Shown: one piece after another, positions 25,241 through 37,075 of the stretch
Position numbering within the stretch: position 1 is the stretch's first letter
How the letters are laid out: each line of letters opens with the position of its first letter
DNA from: Octopus bimaculoides
Lineage: Eukaryota
Assembly (NCBI RefSeq): GCF_001194135.2
Contig: NC_068987.1
Location: forward strand, 16,728,644 to 16,775,841
Length of the DNA stretch: 47,198 bases
Reading direction: 5' to 3'
Position numbers and translations under genes: made by a program
Notes under the pieces: generated by a model
The model's database searches: none
What the model saw: the letters and a program-made list of their open reading frames with translations, nothing else
What the model was told of the DNA's origin: nothing

Positions 25241-27921
25241 ACTAGAGTATGAGAGGAATTTAAACACGTGGGTGGATATGCCTGAATCGAAGTGGAGCGA
25301 TAACAGCCAGATTTTAGGAGCAGAAAAGGCAGAAAGAAGAAGGCAAAAGAGAAGGAATCCAAGAAAAGCAAGAGAGAAGAGATAGCATTCTTTGAGTCAG
25401 AAGTTGTAGTGTATCTATGAATGCCTTGTTGCTATCTGTCGATTGGTCTCCTTGAGTGCAGATAGATATGTACTTTTATACATGTGCAGTACTTTTATAC
25501 ATGTCGAGCTAACTTGAGATTTATACATGTAGAGAGCTAACTTGAGATTTGTAGAATCTTGGTAATCAAGGCATATCCACCCAAGAAAACATCACTGCAG
25601 ACAATCTGCAGTGATGTTTTCTTTTTATCATTAGTTATCTTTTTTATTATGTTGAAAGAGACTATGTAGAAATTCAAAGCGTTTTTGAGGCCTCTTTTCA
25701 AGAGACGAGATGTATTTTTTATATATAAATATATCCAGCGATATATTTTCAACCCAATGTTACGCATGCTATTATCAACAGCTTTACCTGTTACGAGTTT
25801 CACCGTTCAAAACAAAATTATTTCATGTTTTTGTCGAAATTTCTAGATTCTTATGATATCAACTACACACAAACACCAACGTATGAAACCAAAATTCTAA
25901 ACAACCGATCGGACCGATCTAAAATTATAGAAAAGTATTAAAAATTCCCATTTTAACATATTTGAATAAAAATGTCATTATTGTCAGTTTTGAGCATCAA
26001 CCTCATCTTTCTTTAAAATCCGAAGCCCACTCTCTTCAGCTTTCATTCTTTTTTATTCCTACCCAAGATCATTAAACTTAAATATTCTTTATTGTTATCT
26101 CTGCCAGCCAGTCTGGCAATTATAAGAAAAGTAAACGAACAAAGGAAATATACTTTACGTAAAGCAAGGAGAACAAATGAAATTACTTTCACATTTCAAT
26201 ATTTTATAGCTTTAGATTTTTATTTTGTATAAATGTTTCAAAAAACATTAAATCCTTTAAAGATATTTCTCTATTTTTATAATTCTTATAAACTTCGAAA
26301 CGTTGTTTCAATTAATTTGATTTTGCCTCTTTATTGTTCACTAATTATGGACTTTATATAGTTCTTTAAAAGTTAGGGAAGGACGTATTAGAAAATATTA
26401 CACGAAAACACAATATTTATTGACTGCCTTCGACTTTTTTGTTATCTAGAGGCTTTTTAAACCCAATATTTAAACGTTTTTATTTATGGCATTGTCTACT
26501 TCGTGTTCAAATGTAAAAAAAAAAAGAAAAATTATTTCAAGTTCTCTCGAAGTTTCTAAATTAATATTACATAAAATAATGGCTATTACGTAAACTGGGA
26601 GAAAAATGACCTGAAGGTCGCTTTTTTATAGAGTATATAAAATCTGCATGTTTGTGCGTACACACACATACATAAACACATGCATGCGAGTATGTATCTA
26701 TTGGGTACTCCTTATGGTGAGGAGATGTATAGAAATGCAACGTGAGCTTACATCGTGTTTTTAGTAAGTAGAATACATTAGATACTGTGTGAAATGTAGG
26801 CACCGTGAATAAGCCACAGTTTCTTCTTTCTTCTTTGTCTTTTTTTTTTGTTTTTTTGTTTTGAAATCTCTGTTGCAGAAAAGAAAATTCTAGTGACTTC
26901 TTTCAGCTTTTATCGCGCTTCATCAATTCTGGATTATTTACCTCCCAAACAATTAAAGTATATTAACTTAGAGCTATTTATAGGACACACAAACTTGCAG
27001 AACTAAGCAAAAACGTCCAATTTGCATAACAGCGCAGGCATTCGTAACATGAATGAATAAATAATTAAATTAATATCAACATTACATAGTCACTGAATAT
27101 CATAAATTTAGCACAGAGATTACAGGGTGTGTTTTTAATAGAGATACATTTTTGTTGGGATATGAAAATTAGGCTTTGTTGAGAAAAGCAAGGTAAGTTT
27201 TCTAAGCGACGAGAAAGCTTTTGTGCAATCCCTCGGATTACTATGCTGCCGTCTTAAAAATGATTAGATAAGTGGAATTAACTAAATTTAATGTCTTGAA
27301 AAGGATGACAGATGATAGTGGTTCGACAATAATTTCTGAATACAGAAATATTTCTCGCAGTGTCTACAAACCAGCATAAAGCTGACTGTAAAACCTTATA
27401 AAAGTGTTTTACAAGTGTATAAAATATTTGTACAAATATTTTGATAATAGCAGTGTAGCTACATAGTCACAGCTTCTGGCTGGAACCGACACTGGAATAA
27501 TTGAAATATTAACAAACTAGAAAAGTAACAAATACTTCAGGAAAATGTTCACTTCAACATCTGCAATCATACAAACCAACACTGCTAAACTCCCACAATC
27601 TAGAAACTCAACGAAATCTAACAATACTTACTCAGACACTGACATCTGAATGAATGGTTAAGATCATTTCTCATACATCTGTGAAACTTTAAGCTATGCA
27701 ATTCTAAGTCAATCTATTAATACAAGTAAATATAAACTCCAGGAAACATGTTGAAAGCCGTTTTCTTAACGTGTGTACACATAATTATCTATCCCTTCTG
27801 TCTCTCACGCACACTATACGTATGTGTGTATGTGTATGTGTGCGTGCGGATATAAGTGTATATAAACACTCACACATGCATACATACAAACCCAACATAC
27901 GAACACGAACAAGATATCCTT

Positions 27922-28133
27922 TTCTACTCTAGGGCATAAGGCCTGACATTTTTGGGGAGGGGGCCAGTCGATTAAATCGACCCCAGTACGCAAATGATAC
28001 TTGATTTATCGACCCCGAAAGGATGAAAGGCAAAGTCGACCTCGTCGGAATTTGAACTCAGAACGTAAAGACAGACGAAATACCGCTAAGTATTTCGCCC
28101 GGCGTGCTAACGTTTCTGCCAGCTCGCCGCCTT
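27922..28133 (-). mobile_element. Full-length family B SINE with a 13-bp target-site duplication
   Basis: Head AAGGCGGCGAGCTGGCAGAAACGTTAGCACGCCGGGCG, B-box-like GAGTTCAAATTCC, tail TAGAGTAGAAA. ACAAGATATCCTT occurs at 27909-27921 and 28142-28154. Confidence 0.92.
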
Positions 28134-28547
28134 TTGCGTGTACAAGATATCCTTAACGACACTAACAGCGTGGTGTGCAAAACTCATAAAAGAAAGAATA
28201 TAAATAATAGAATAAATAAATAATAATAATAGCAATGATAATAATAATGAATATTTGATTTAAACATAAGATGTAAATCAATACACAATGCATGTTAAGA
28301 CTCAACAACTTTTATAGCAATATGATGTATTGAGGTCTTCCATAGAAGGCATGATCTCTGAACTCTCTCCCATCGTTTACACTGAATAATGACTTCTCTG
28401 TTCTTTAGCCTTGCGCGTTAAGGTCATGGGAATTGGTCACAGTGCACATAGATGAAACGGATGCGCATAACTGAAACCAGAGTGACGTAAATAGGCGTAA
28501 CTGTATTACCTGTTCTTTACACATGCATATGCACGCTCACACACACT

Positions 28548-28614
<67 letters not shown>

Positions 28615-29013
28615 NNNNNNNNNNNNNNNNNNNNNNNNNNNNNNNNNNNNNNNNNNNNNNNNNNNNNNNNNNNNNNNNNNNNNNNNNNNNNNNNNNNNNN
28701 NNNNNNNNNNNNNNNNNNNNNNNNNNNNNNNNNNNNNNNNNNNNNNNNNNNNNNNNNNNNNNNNNNNNNNNNNNNNNNNNNNNNNNNNNNNNNNNNNNNN
28801 NNNNNNNNNNNNNNNNNNNNNNNNNNNNNNNNNNNNNNNNNNNNNNNNNNNNNNNNNNNNNNNNNNNNNNNNNNNNNNNNNNNNNNNNNNNNNNNNNNNN
28901 NNNNNNNNNNNNNNNNNNNNNNNNNNNNNNNNNNNNNNNNNNNNNNNNNNNNNNNNNNNNNNNNNNNNNNNNNNNNNNNNNNNNNNNNNNNNNNNNNNNN
29001 NNNNNNNNNNNNN

Positions 29014-29360
29014 ATTTTAAATCTGCTTTAACCCTAACCCTAACCCTAACTCTAACCCTAATCCTAACCCTAACCCTAGGGTTAAGGTTAGGGTTAGAGT
29101 TAGGGTTAGGGTTAGGGTTAATTGTTTCAGAATCGTTTGTTTATGTAGTCGGCGCTTAATGTATATCGGCTGAATGGACGTCAGTGATTGGTTGAAATTA
29201 CAGAAATACGACAACTTTAACATGGAATAATTTATGGATTTCTTTTTTTTTAAAGAAAACTAAGAGAAAAAGATGTTTTATATGACACATTCTACCAGTG
29301 TTCCAAGTTTCAAAGTGTTTCGTTAATGAAAAATGTGGCCCCCGTTTTAAAAAAGATCCC
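29014..29360. mobile_element. Unclassified repeat, probably a non-autonomous DNA element, containing a telomere-repeat palindrome
   Basis: (TAACCC)8-TA-(GGGTTA)7 at 29029-29120, followed by 240 bp ending TTTTAAAAAAGATCCC. The left end is lost in a gap; the boundary and class are inferred. Confidence 0.45.
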
Positions 29361-29660
29361 TAAGCCGATACCTAAAAGTACGTATATATTTTTACATAAA
29401 AGTGTTCCCTTGACTCTCTGTGCAAAGACTTTTTCGTGTTGTTCGTGTTGCTGGTGATGTTGGTGTTGGTGATTGCGCTGCTAAAGGTACTTCTACTAGC
29501 ATTAACTTTTTTGTAGTGGCTGTTATGATGTTAGTAACAGTGGTGGCGTTGGTGGCGGTGATGTCATCGTCATGACACTGATGAACTTCCGGAAGGGAAT
29601 ATTACCACGTGATTGATGCTGCCGGTGGCAGTAATGGCCGTGGTGTTGGTACGGATAGCG

Positions 29661-29693
<33 letters not shown>

Positions 29694-29804
29694 TTTTTAG
29701 TTATATATATTTCCGTTGTAGTTAGTGACAGTGAAGGGCATTATATTACTTAAGCAGTAATATTGGTGGTAGTGGTAGTCGTAGTAGCAGCAGCAGCAGC
29801 AGTT

Positions 29805-29864
<60 letters not shown>

Positions 29865-30106
29865 GTAGTAGTAGTAGACGCAGCAGCAGCAACAACAACA
29901 GTAGTAGTAGTTTGTTGTGGTGATGGTATTACATTTCCTGGTGTGAGCGGAGGTCAGATCAAAATGTGGACCAGAGAGGAAATGAAAGCACATCAGTCGG
30001 CAGAGAAGCATTTCTCTTGTGAGATCTGTGTGTGTGCGTGCGTGTGTGTATGTGTGAATGTGTACACGAGTATGTATTTGCATATGCATGTGGATGACAG
30101 GGTATG

Positions 30107-30189
<83 letters not shown>

Positions 30190-30957
30190 CGATAAGTGGA
30201 TGCATGTGTATGCATGTAAGTGTAAATTAACTGAAACACATAGCGGTAGGATTAAAATTGTTGCTTAGGCTACAATCAAGCCACCAAATGTTTAATAAAC
30301 GAATGTTATCGTGAAAAATAGACCCCTTGATTAAACTACATAGTTTTCAGAATTAAGAGAGTGATCGGATAAAGTATTAATTCATTTAGCTTAGTTTTTT
30401 TTAAAGTCGTCGTCAGGACTTGCTTATTTATACCTTGTTGTTTAAATATAGCAATTATCACTGCATATAGTGTAAAATTAACATTATTTACATAGCCGTG
30501 CAAAGCTGTTAGTTTTCATTAATTAACTGCATTAATGGAGAAGTTTAAAATCTGCTTATCAAACATATATTCCTAACTTTGTTTATAATTTTAATCTCAT
30601 GCTCAGTGTATCTGTGGTGAAGTTGATTAATACTTATCACCGGCATGTGAACAAGTTTGGACCTAGTCTCATTACACCTCATCAGTAACGTAAAGCTTCT
30701 GTGTATCAGCAACCCTGTGTGAGTAAGCGAGTCCTGATACTGGCTTTAATAAAGAGGTTACTGCCTGAGGAAGCAGTAGATCAAGATATCGTGTTATCTT
30801 CAGACAAAAGACATGGTCTAAATGTCTAAATGTTAGTAACAGAGTGGATCTTGCTAAAGACATAGATGGGCCATATAATGGTGTTGAACTAGATGACGTA
30901 TAATGTGTTCCATCCAGATATAGGTGAAGTACATTCAATAGGCCTCCGCAAAGTTCT

Positions 30958-31055
30958 CTCTTATCCAGTTCCACTCATATGACTTGGGTCAACTCGAGGC
31001 TATGGTAGAAGTCAATTTGCCTCATAGTGGATTCGAGCACGGAGACACGTGATTT
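30958..31055 (-). mobile_element. Decayed family A SINE head fragment
   Basis: GGGTCAACTCGAGGCTATGGTAGAAG..CATAGTGGATTCGAGCACGGAGACACGTG resembles the 42950-43040 region. Confidence 0.5.
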
Positions 31056-31486
31056 TCTCAAATTGTGACTGATGATCAGGATCATTTTGGGGATTAGAAT
31101 TGCTCGGGGTTTAAAATGAAAACCCATGCCATAGTTAAGCTTGGTAACTTTAAAACAACACCTGTATACATCATCAGCAGCAGTTCCAGCAAAAGAGCAG
31201 GAGCACCAGTAGCAACAGCAACAGTAGTAGCAGCAACAGCAGCAGCTTCACCAACAACAGTAACAGCAAGAATAACTGCAGCAGAGAACAGAAAAGCACC
31301 AATTTCATTGATTCATTTATCACTCTGTTCTTTGGAACCAAACACCCGTGATAAACGAGGAAGAACGCTTTAAAGTTGACGCCGTTGGTTTGCTTAAAGT
31401 GATATTTCCATTTACGCTCATCGCCGCGTTGTTTAAATTCAGCTTCACAACGTACGTACGACTAATTTTAGAAATGATTATAGAAG

Positions 31487-31875
31487 GTTGTTGTTGGCAC
31501 TCCGTCGCTTACGACGTCGACGGTTCCAGTTGATCCGATCAACGGAACAGCCTGCTCGTGAAATTAACGTGCAAGTGGCTGAGCACTCCACAGACACGTG
31601 TACCCTTAACGTAGTTTTCGCGGATATTCAGCGTGACACAGAGTGTGACAAGGCTGACCCTTTGAAATACAGGCACAACAGAAACAGGAAGAAAGAGTGA
31701 GAGAAAGTTGTGGTGGAAGAGTACAGCACGGTTCGCCACTATCCCCTGTCGGAGCCTCGTGGAGCTTCAGGTGTTTTCGCTCAATAAACACTCACAACGC
31801 CCGGTCTGAGAATCGAAACCGCGATCCTATGACCGCGAGTCCGCTGCCCTAACCACTGGGCCATGGCGCCTCCAC
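31487..31875 (-). mobile_element. Full-length tRNA-derived SINE (family C)
   Basis: Head GGAGGCGCCATGGCCCAGTGGTTAGGGCAGCGGACTCGCGGTCATAGGATCGCGGTTTCGATTC has an A box (TGGCCCAGTGG) and a B box (GTTTCGATTC); tail CGACGGAGTGCCAACAACAAC. Matches the copies at 9418 and 25056. Confidence 0.9.
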
Positions 31876-32489
31876 GACTATAGAAGGTACGGAGANNNNN
31901 NNNNNNNNNNNNNNNNNNNNNNNNNNNNNNNNNNNNNNNNNNNNNNNNNNNNNNNNNNNNNNNNNNNNNNNNNNNNNNNNNNNNNNNNNNNNNNNNNNNN
32001 NNNNNNNNNNNNNNNNNNNNNNNNNNNNNNNNNNNNNNNNNNNNNNNNNNNNNTGAATGTTTAAGCTTAACTTGGTATAAAAATAGAGAAAGTATTCAGA
32101 AACGAAAGCATAAACAAACGAAAATACATAATAATGAAAGTATTATGAACCCTTTTCTTCATTTCTTCAAGTAACAGTGAACAAAATATATCTAACAAAA
32201 ACACAAGATAAACGGCAAGTTATAAGCAAACTAAAAACAACAAAAATGCACTTTCTACGTGTCGATTCTTAAGGTCAACCCTCATTAGTAATAACAGTAC
32301 CGCATCCAATGCCAAAATATCAACACCTCCACCACCATTAGAAACAACCAGTCCCACCATCAACAGCGGCGACGCCATCAATTACACCAGTGACGTCACC
32401 AACGCCACTACCACGACAACCATTACCGCAGCAACTACAAGAGGCACTTATAACACACCACACACCCATTGCTGCTACTGCTGCCGCTG

Positions 32490-32540
<51 letters not shown>

Positions 32541-33778
32541 GCATGAAAACCCGCCAGCATCACTACTATCGCTGCAACACCGCCAACCCCGTTTGCTGAC
32601 CATCCTGTAATCTTATATCAACAAAGACTTGGCTGCAGTTAACATTTTACTGTTATAAGCAGACACACATGTAGGCAGACGCACAATATAGTGTGTGTGT
32701 GTGTATGTGTATATGTATATATGTATATGTATATATGTATATGTATATATATATATGTGTGTGTGCCTTTATAAACATATACATATATATATATATATGT
32801 GTATGTGTGTGTGTATATATATATGCGTATCTCTCTCTTTCCATCTCAGCCTTTCTTTGTCGCTGTCTGACTGTCTGTTTGTTCCCTTCTTTCTGTGTGT
32901 ATATATATATATNNNNNNNNNNTGTGTGTGTAACAACATGGGCCAGAATGGAAAAAATCGCATCTGTATTAAATTGATGATTACGCCATACATTACTAAC
33001 GACCGTTTCTAGCAAAGTCTAGAATATTTCTAAAACTTTTGAGGGGTACCTAAATACCACATGGGACAACATCGTTTCAAATTAAAACACACAAACATTC
33101 CGATAATTTATGCTTAACAAATTATTACTTTGATACCGTCGTATTAGCATACATTTTGGTTTCACACGCATTTTTATACCTTTTTTCTGTCATGTGTTAA
33201 GGTCATCTCTACAGATATTCTATAGAAGTTAGAGTCAGCACGACGTTTCGTATCCGAGACGTCAGGTGTAAACAAATAATGAGACCGAAGATGAAACCCA
33301 TTGTTTCATCTTTGCTCTTGTTTTTTTCTGTAGAAAATCCGCAGAGATGACATTAACATATGATTTAAGTGCACTGCTAACACAGAAGTACACGGTTTTG
33401 ACTTATAAAGACGTTTAATATACTTTGTAGCATATTATAGTGATAACGAAATACCGTGTGCCTACAAGGCAGTACAACTTTTTCCTAAGTCTAAATATGC
33501 TGACACAATAGAAACGAACGACGGTAATACAAAAAAAAAAAAAAATGTGATTTTGTCCATTCTTGTCCATGAAATTCTGCTGGGCAATATTTAGATTTAT
33601 TTATCATAGACGATGAATCACCGAGTATGTTAATTCTATTTGAACAAATGGACACCAGTAGTTATTTATTTTTATAATCATTTTTTTTCTTTATCAATTT
33701 CTCAGTCTAGTCTCCAAATGTGCCCTTTACCTTGTTTGTGGAACTGTTTACGTCACATGAATCTTTGTGTATCCGGCG

Positions 33779-33848
<70 letters not shown>

Positions 33849-34489
33849 GTTTGTTTGTGAGCATGTCTGTGCGTGTGTGTGTGTGTGTGTGATTAATAAC
33901 TGGATATTCCGTGTTACATTACAATTAGAACAGCTTCGCTTAACCCTGGTTCTTCCGGCAATCTGAAGATTCATCGTTCTCCCTATAGCTTCCTATTTTG
34001 AAACACGATACTAAAAACATCAAATAACCACATATAATTAACTTGTTTATTGACTTGTTATTTCCTTAGATATTATTATAACTACATTCCCACAGCAATA
34101 AAATGAGATCCTAACAGAACGGCTTTTTTTCTTTTTTTTACTTTTCTTCGTTTTTCTTATCAAATATTTATTTGTACTATACTAGTAACAACTTTCTCTG
34201 CACAAGAATCTCCCGAACCTCTGCTTAATATACTAACATTGAGCAATTCAATAATTACACCGAAATTCCTCAGAAAACTCCATGGAAAATACATTCACCA
34301 TGATTCTAACCCACGAATAGAAAGACACATGAGAATTGCAAGACCCCCAGTTCGAACAAGCCATCATATCAACACAAAAAGTTAACTCCATTTTTCTCTT
34401 AACAATCATGGAACAATGGATCTTAAATTACATTGCCTGATGAACAATGTTATGGCAAAACAATTTGTAACGTAGACTGGAGTTTCAAG

Positions 34490-34765
34490 ATTTTTTGTTT
34501 TATTTTTTTACTTGTTTCAGACATTGGATTGCGGACATGCTGCAGACATCACTTTGAGGGGTTTAGTCGGACAGGTAGACCCCAGTGCGGTTTTTTTTTT
34601 CCTGAGTCTTGTGCTTATTTTATCATGACTTTGTAGCGAACCACTAAGTTATGGGGACATAACAAATCAACAAATACTGGTTGCCAAACGGTGAGGAGTG
34701 AGGATATATAAACACACTCACTAACACACATACAATCCTACACACACACACGACAGGCTTCCATA
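34490..34765 (-). mobile_element. Family A SINE, 3' two thirds
   Basis: TTTACTTGTTTCAGACATTGGATTGCGGACATGCTG..GACCCCAGTGC..GAACCACTAAGTTATGGGGAC..ACGACAGGCTTC. Confidence 0.75.
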
Positions 34766-35901
34766 CTCAAGATTAGATTGTGTGCACTAATTCATCTGCG
34801 TCTGTCTGTCTGTATGTATATATATGTATGTTTGTGTGTGTGTATATATGTATCTTTGTAAGAATGTATGTATTCCTTATATGTTCTGTATCTGCCTGTT
34901 TCGGCGGAAGTTTGCGGCGCTCAGAATCATACAAAGCTATCACTTATAAAAACAAACCCAGCAAACCAAATCACTTCATTGTTACTCGAAACGGTTTTCT
35001 CGATCTCGGAGAAACTTAGTGGAACAGTACATTAATGCAGCAATTATCTCGTGTCTCTCCGCCTCCCCTTCCCCTTCTTCTTCCTCTTCCTCTTCCTCCG
35101 TCTTTCAGTTTTATACCTGCATGTGTATTTTTTAAAGGTGATATATGAGAACCGCATTAAAATTAAATATATACATGTGTTGGTGGTCGTTGTGTTATCG
35201 GAATATAGGTAGACAAATAAATCAGGCCGATAGAGGGAAAAGAGAGAGACAAACAAAATGATATTAGTATATATNNNNNNNNNNNNNNNNNNNNNNNNNN
35301 NNNNNNNNNNNNNNNNNNNNNNNNNNNNNNNNNNNNNNNNNNNNNNNNNNNNNNNNNNNNNNNNNNNNNNNNNNNNNNNNNNNNNNNNNNNNNNNNNNNN
35401 NNNNNNNNNNNNNNNNNNNNNNNNNNNNNNNNNNNNNNNNNNNNNNNNNNNNNNNNNNNNNNNNNNNNNNNNNNNNNNNNNNNNNNNNNNNNNNNNNNNN
35501 NNNNNNNNNNNNNNNNNNNNNNNNNNNNNNNNNNNNNNNNNNNNNNNNNNNNNNNNNNNNNNNNNNNNNNNNNNNNNNNNNNNNNNNNNNNNNNNNNNNN
35601 NNNNNNNNNNNNNNNNNNNNNNNNNNNNNNNNNNNNNNNNNNNNNNNNNNNNNNNNNNNNNNNNNNNNNNNNNNNNNNNNNNNNNNNNNNNNNNNNNNNN
35701 NNNNNNNNNNNNNNNNNNNNNNNNNNNNNNNNNNNNNNNNNNNNNNNNNNNNNNNNNNNNNNNNNNNNNNNNNNNNNNNNNNNNNNNNNNNNNNNNNNNN
35801 NNNNNNNNNNNNNNNNNNNNNNNNNNNNNNNNNNNNNNNNNNNNNNNNNNNNNNNNNNNNNNNNNNNNNNNNNNNNNNNNNNNNNNNNNNNNNNNNNNNN
35901 N

Positions 35902-35946
<45 letters not shown>

Positions 35947-36013
35947 ATATATATATATGATACACAAAGAAGCACCAGCGTACATACGCACGCACACCAC
36001 ACACACACATATA

Positions 36014-36897
36014 CGAGGTCTGATCAATAAGTATTCGGACTGTTGCCATAGTAACGAAGCTAAAGCACGCAGCGTAAAGCTGCTCGGCAAAAATTGACCT
36101 TGAACTCTGCTGTGCACGCGCCCTAACTTTTAATGTTCTAGCTCACTTGCGCTGTTTGCAGCAGTGATTCGAAGGAAGGCGTGTAGCGTGTGATCGTCGT
36201 ATTGATCATGGCAGAGAAAGTTATCTTGACAATATCTACGCGAAGTTGTAGAAAGTGCATGGAGAGGAGTGTAAGAGCTGCACACAAGTGTACGAGTGGT
36301 TCAGACGTTTCCAAGATGGCCGAAAAAATGTCGATATTGACGAAGGTTCTCGAAGACCCGCAATCAGCAAAACTGAGAAAAACATCGCAGATGTGCGTTC
36401 AGCTGTAAGAGGAAATTATCAAATCACCATCCGTGTGTTATTAGAGGATGTGCATATTAGTTATGGTTCAGTTCAGTCCATAATCACTGAAGATTTGGGT
36501 ATGAGACGCGTGTCCACAAAGTTTGTGCCAAAACTGCGTTCAGCTGATCAAGAAGACACTCGGGTTTCAGCTGCACAAGATCTTGATTGTGTCGAGAACA
36601 ATGAAAATGTTTTGAAAACTTTTTGAAAACTTTTTGAAAACTGAGCAGTTATCGCCATGCTTTTGGCAAAATTCCATGCAGGTTCTCTGCTCAGCTTTCT
36701 CTATCATGTTCAATGCGACGATCACACGCAACACACCTTCCTTCCAAGCACTGCTGTAAACAGCGGAAGTGAGCTAGAACGTTAAAGCTTATTGCGCATG
36801 CACAGCAGAGTTCAAGGTTAATCTGCGCTAAGCGGCTTCAATCTGCATGATTTAGCTTCGTTACTATGGCAACAGTGCGATACTTATTCATCAGACC
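36014..36897 (+). mobile_element. Mariner derivative: transposase N-terminal DNA-binding region between ~205-bp inverted repeats
   Basis: Starts TA|CGAGGTCTGATCAATAAGTAT. 36255-36626 reads HGEECKSCTQVYEWFRRFQDGRKNVDIDEGSRRP..ITIRVLLEDVHISYGSVQSIITEDLGMRRVSTKFVPKL (HTH domains plus WVPHEL-equivalent linker). 36692-36897 is the reverse complement of 36014-36220; no DDD catalytic region. Confidence 0.93.
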
Positions 36898-36934
36898 ACA
36901 CACACACACACACATACACACACACTCGTATACA

Positions 36935-37075
36935 CTCTCTTTTACTTCTTTTAGTCATTTGACTGTGGCCATGCTGGAGCACCGCCTTTAGTCGAGCAAA
37001 TCGACCCCAGGACTTATTCTTTGCCGAACCGCTAGGTTATGGGGACGTAAACACACCAGTGCACAAACACAGGCA
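36935..37075 (-). mobile_element. Family A SINE 3' fragment
   Basis: CTCTTTTACTTCTTTTAGTCATTTGACTGTGGCCATGCTGGAGCACCGCCTTTAGTCGAGCAAATCGACCCCAGGAC. Confidence 0.85.

Noticed and set aside
29029-29120. Telomere-telomere fusion scar or true chromosome end
   Set aside because: The orientation is CCCTAA then TTAGGG, the reverse of a fusion; only 15 units, with ordinary sequence continuing beyond.
31800-31875. Apparent tRNA gene
   Set aside because: It continues directly into a multi-copy SINE body and I cannot form a complete cloverleaf acceptor stem; called a SINE head.
33130-33180. Shared CGT(A/G)TGAAACCAAAAT motif with about 25879-25895, suggesting a DNA transposon pair
   Set aside because: Only about 17 nt match and no termini can be defined.
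34290-34470. Possible CR1 3' end (FFS..WN..LPDE-like)
   Set aside because: Needs several stops and frameshifts to read; the similarity is too weak to call without an alignment.
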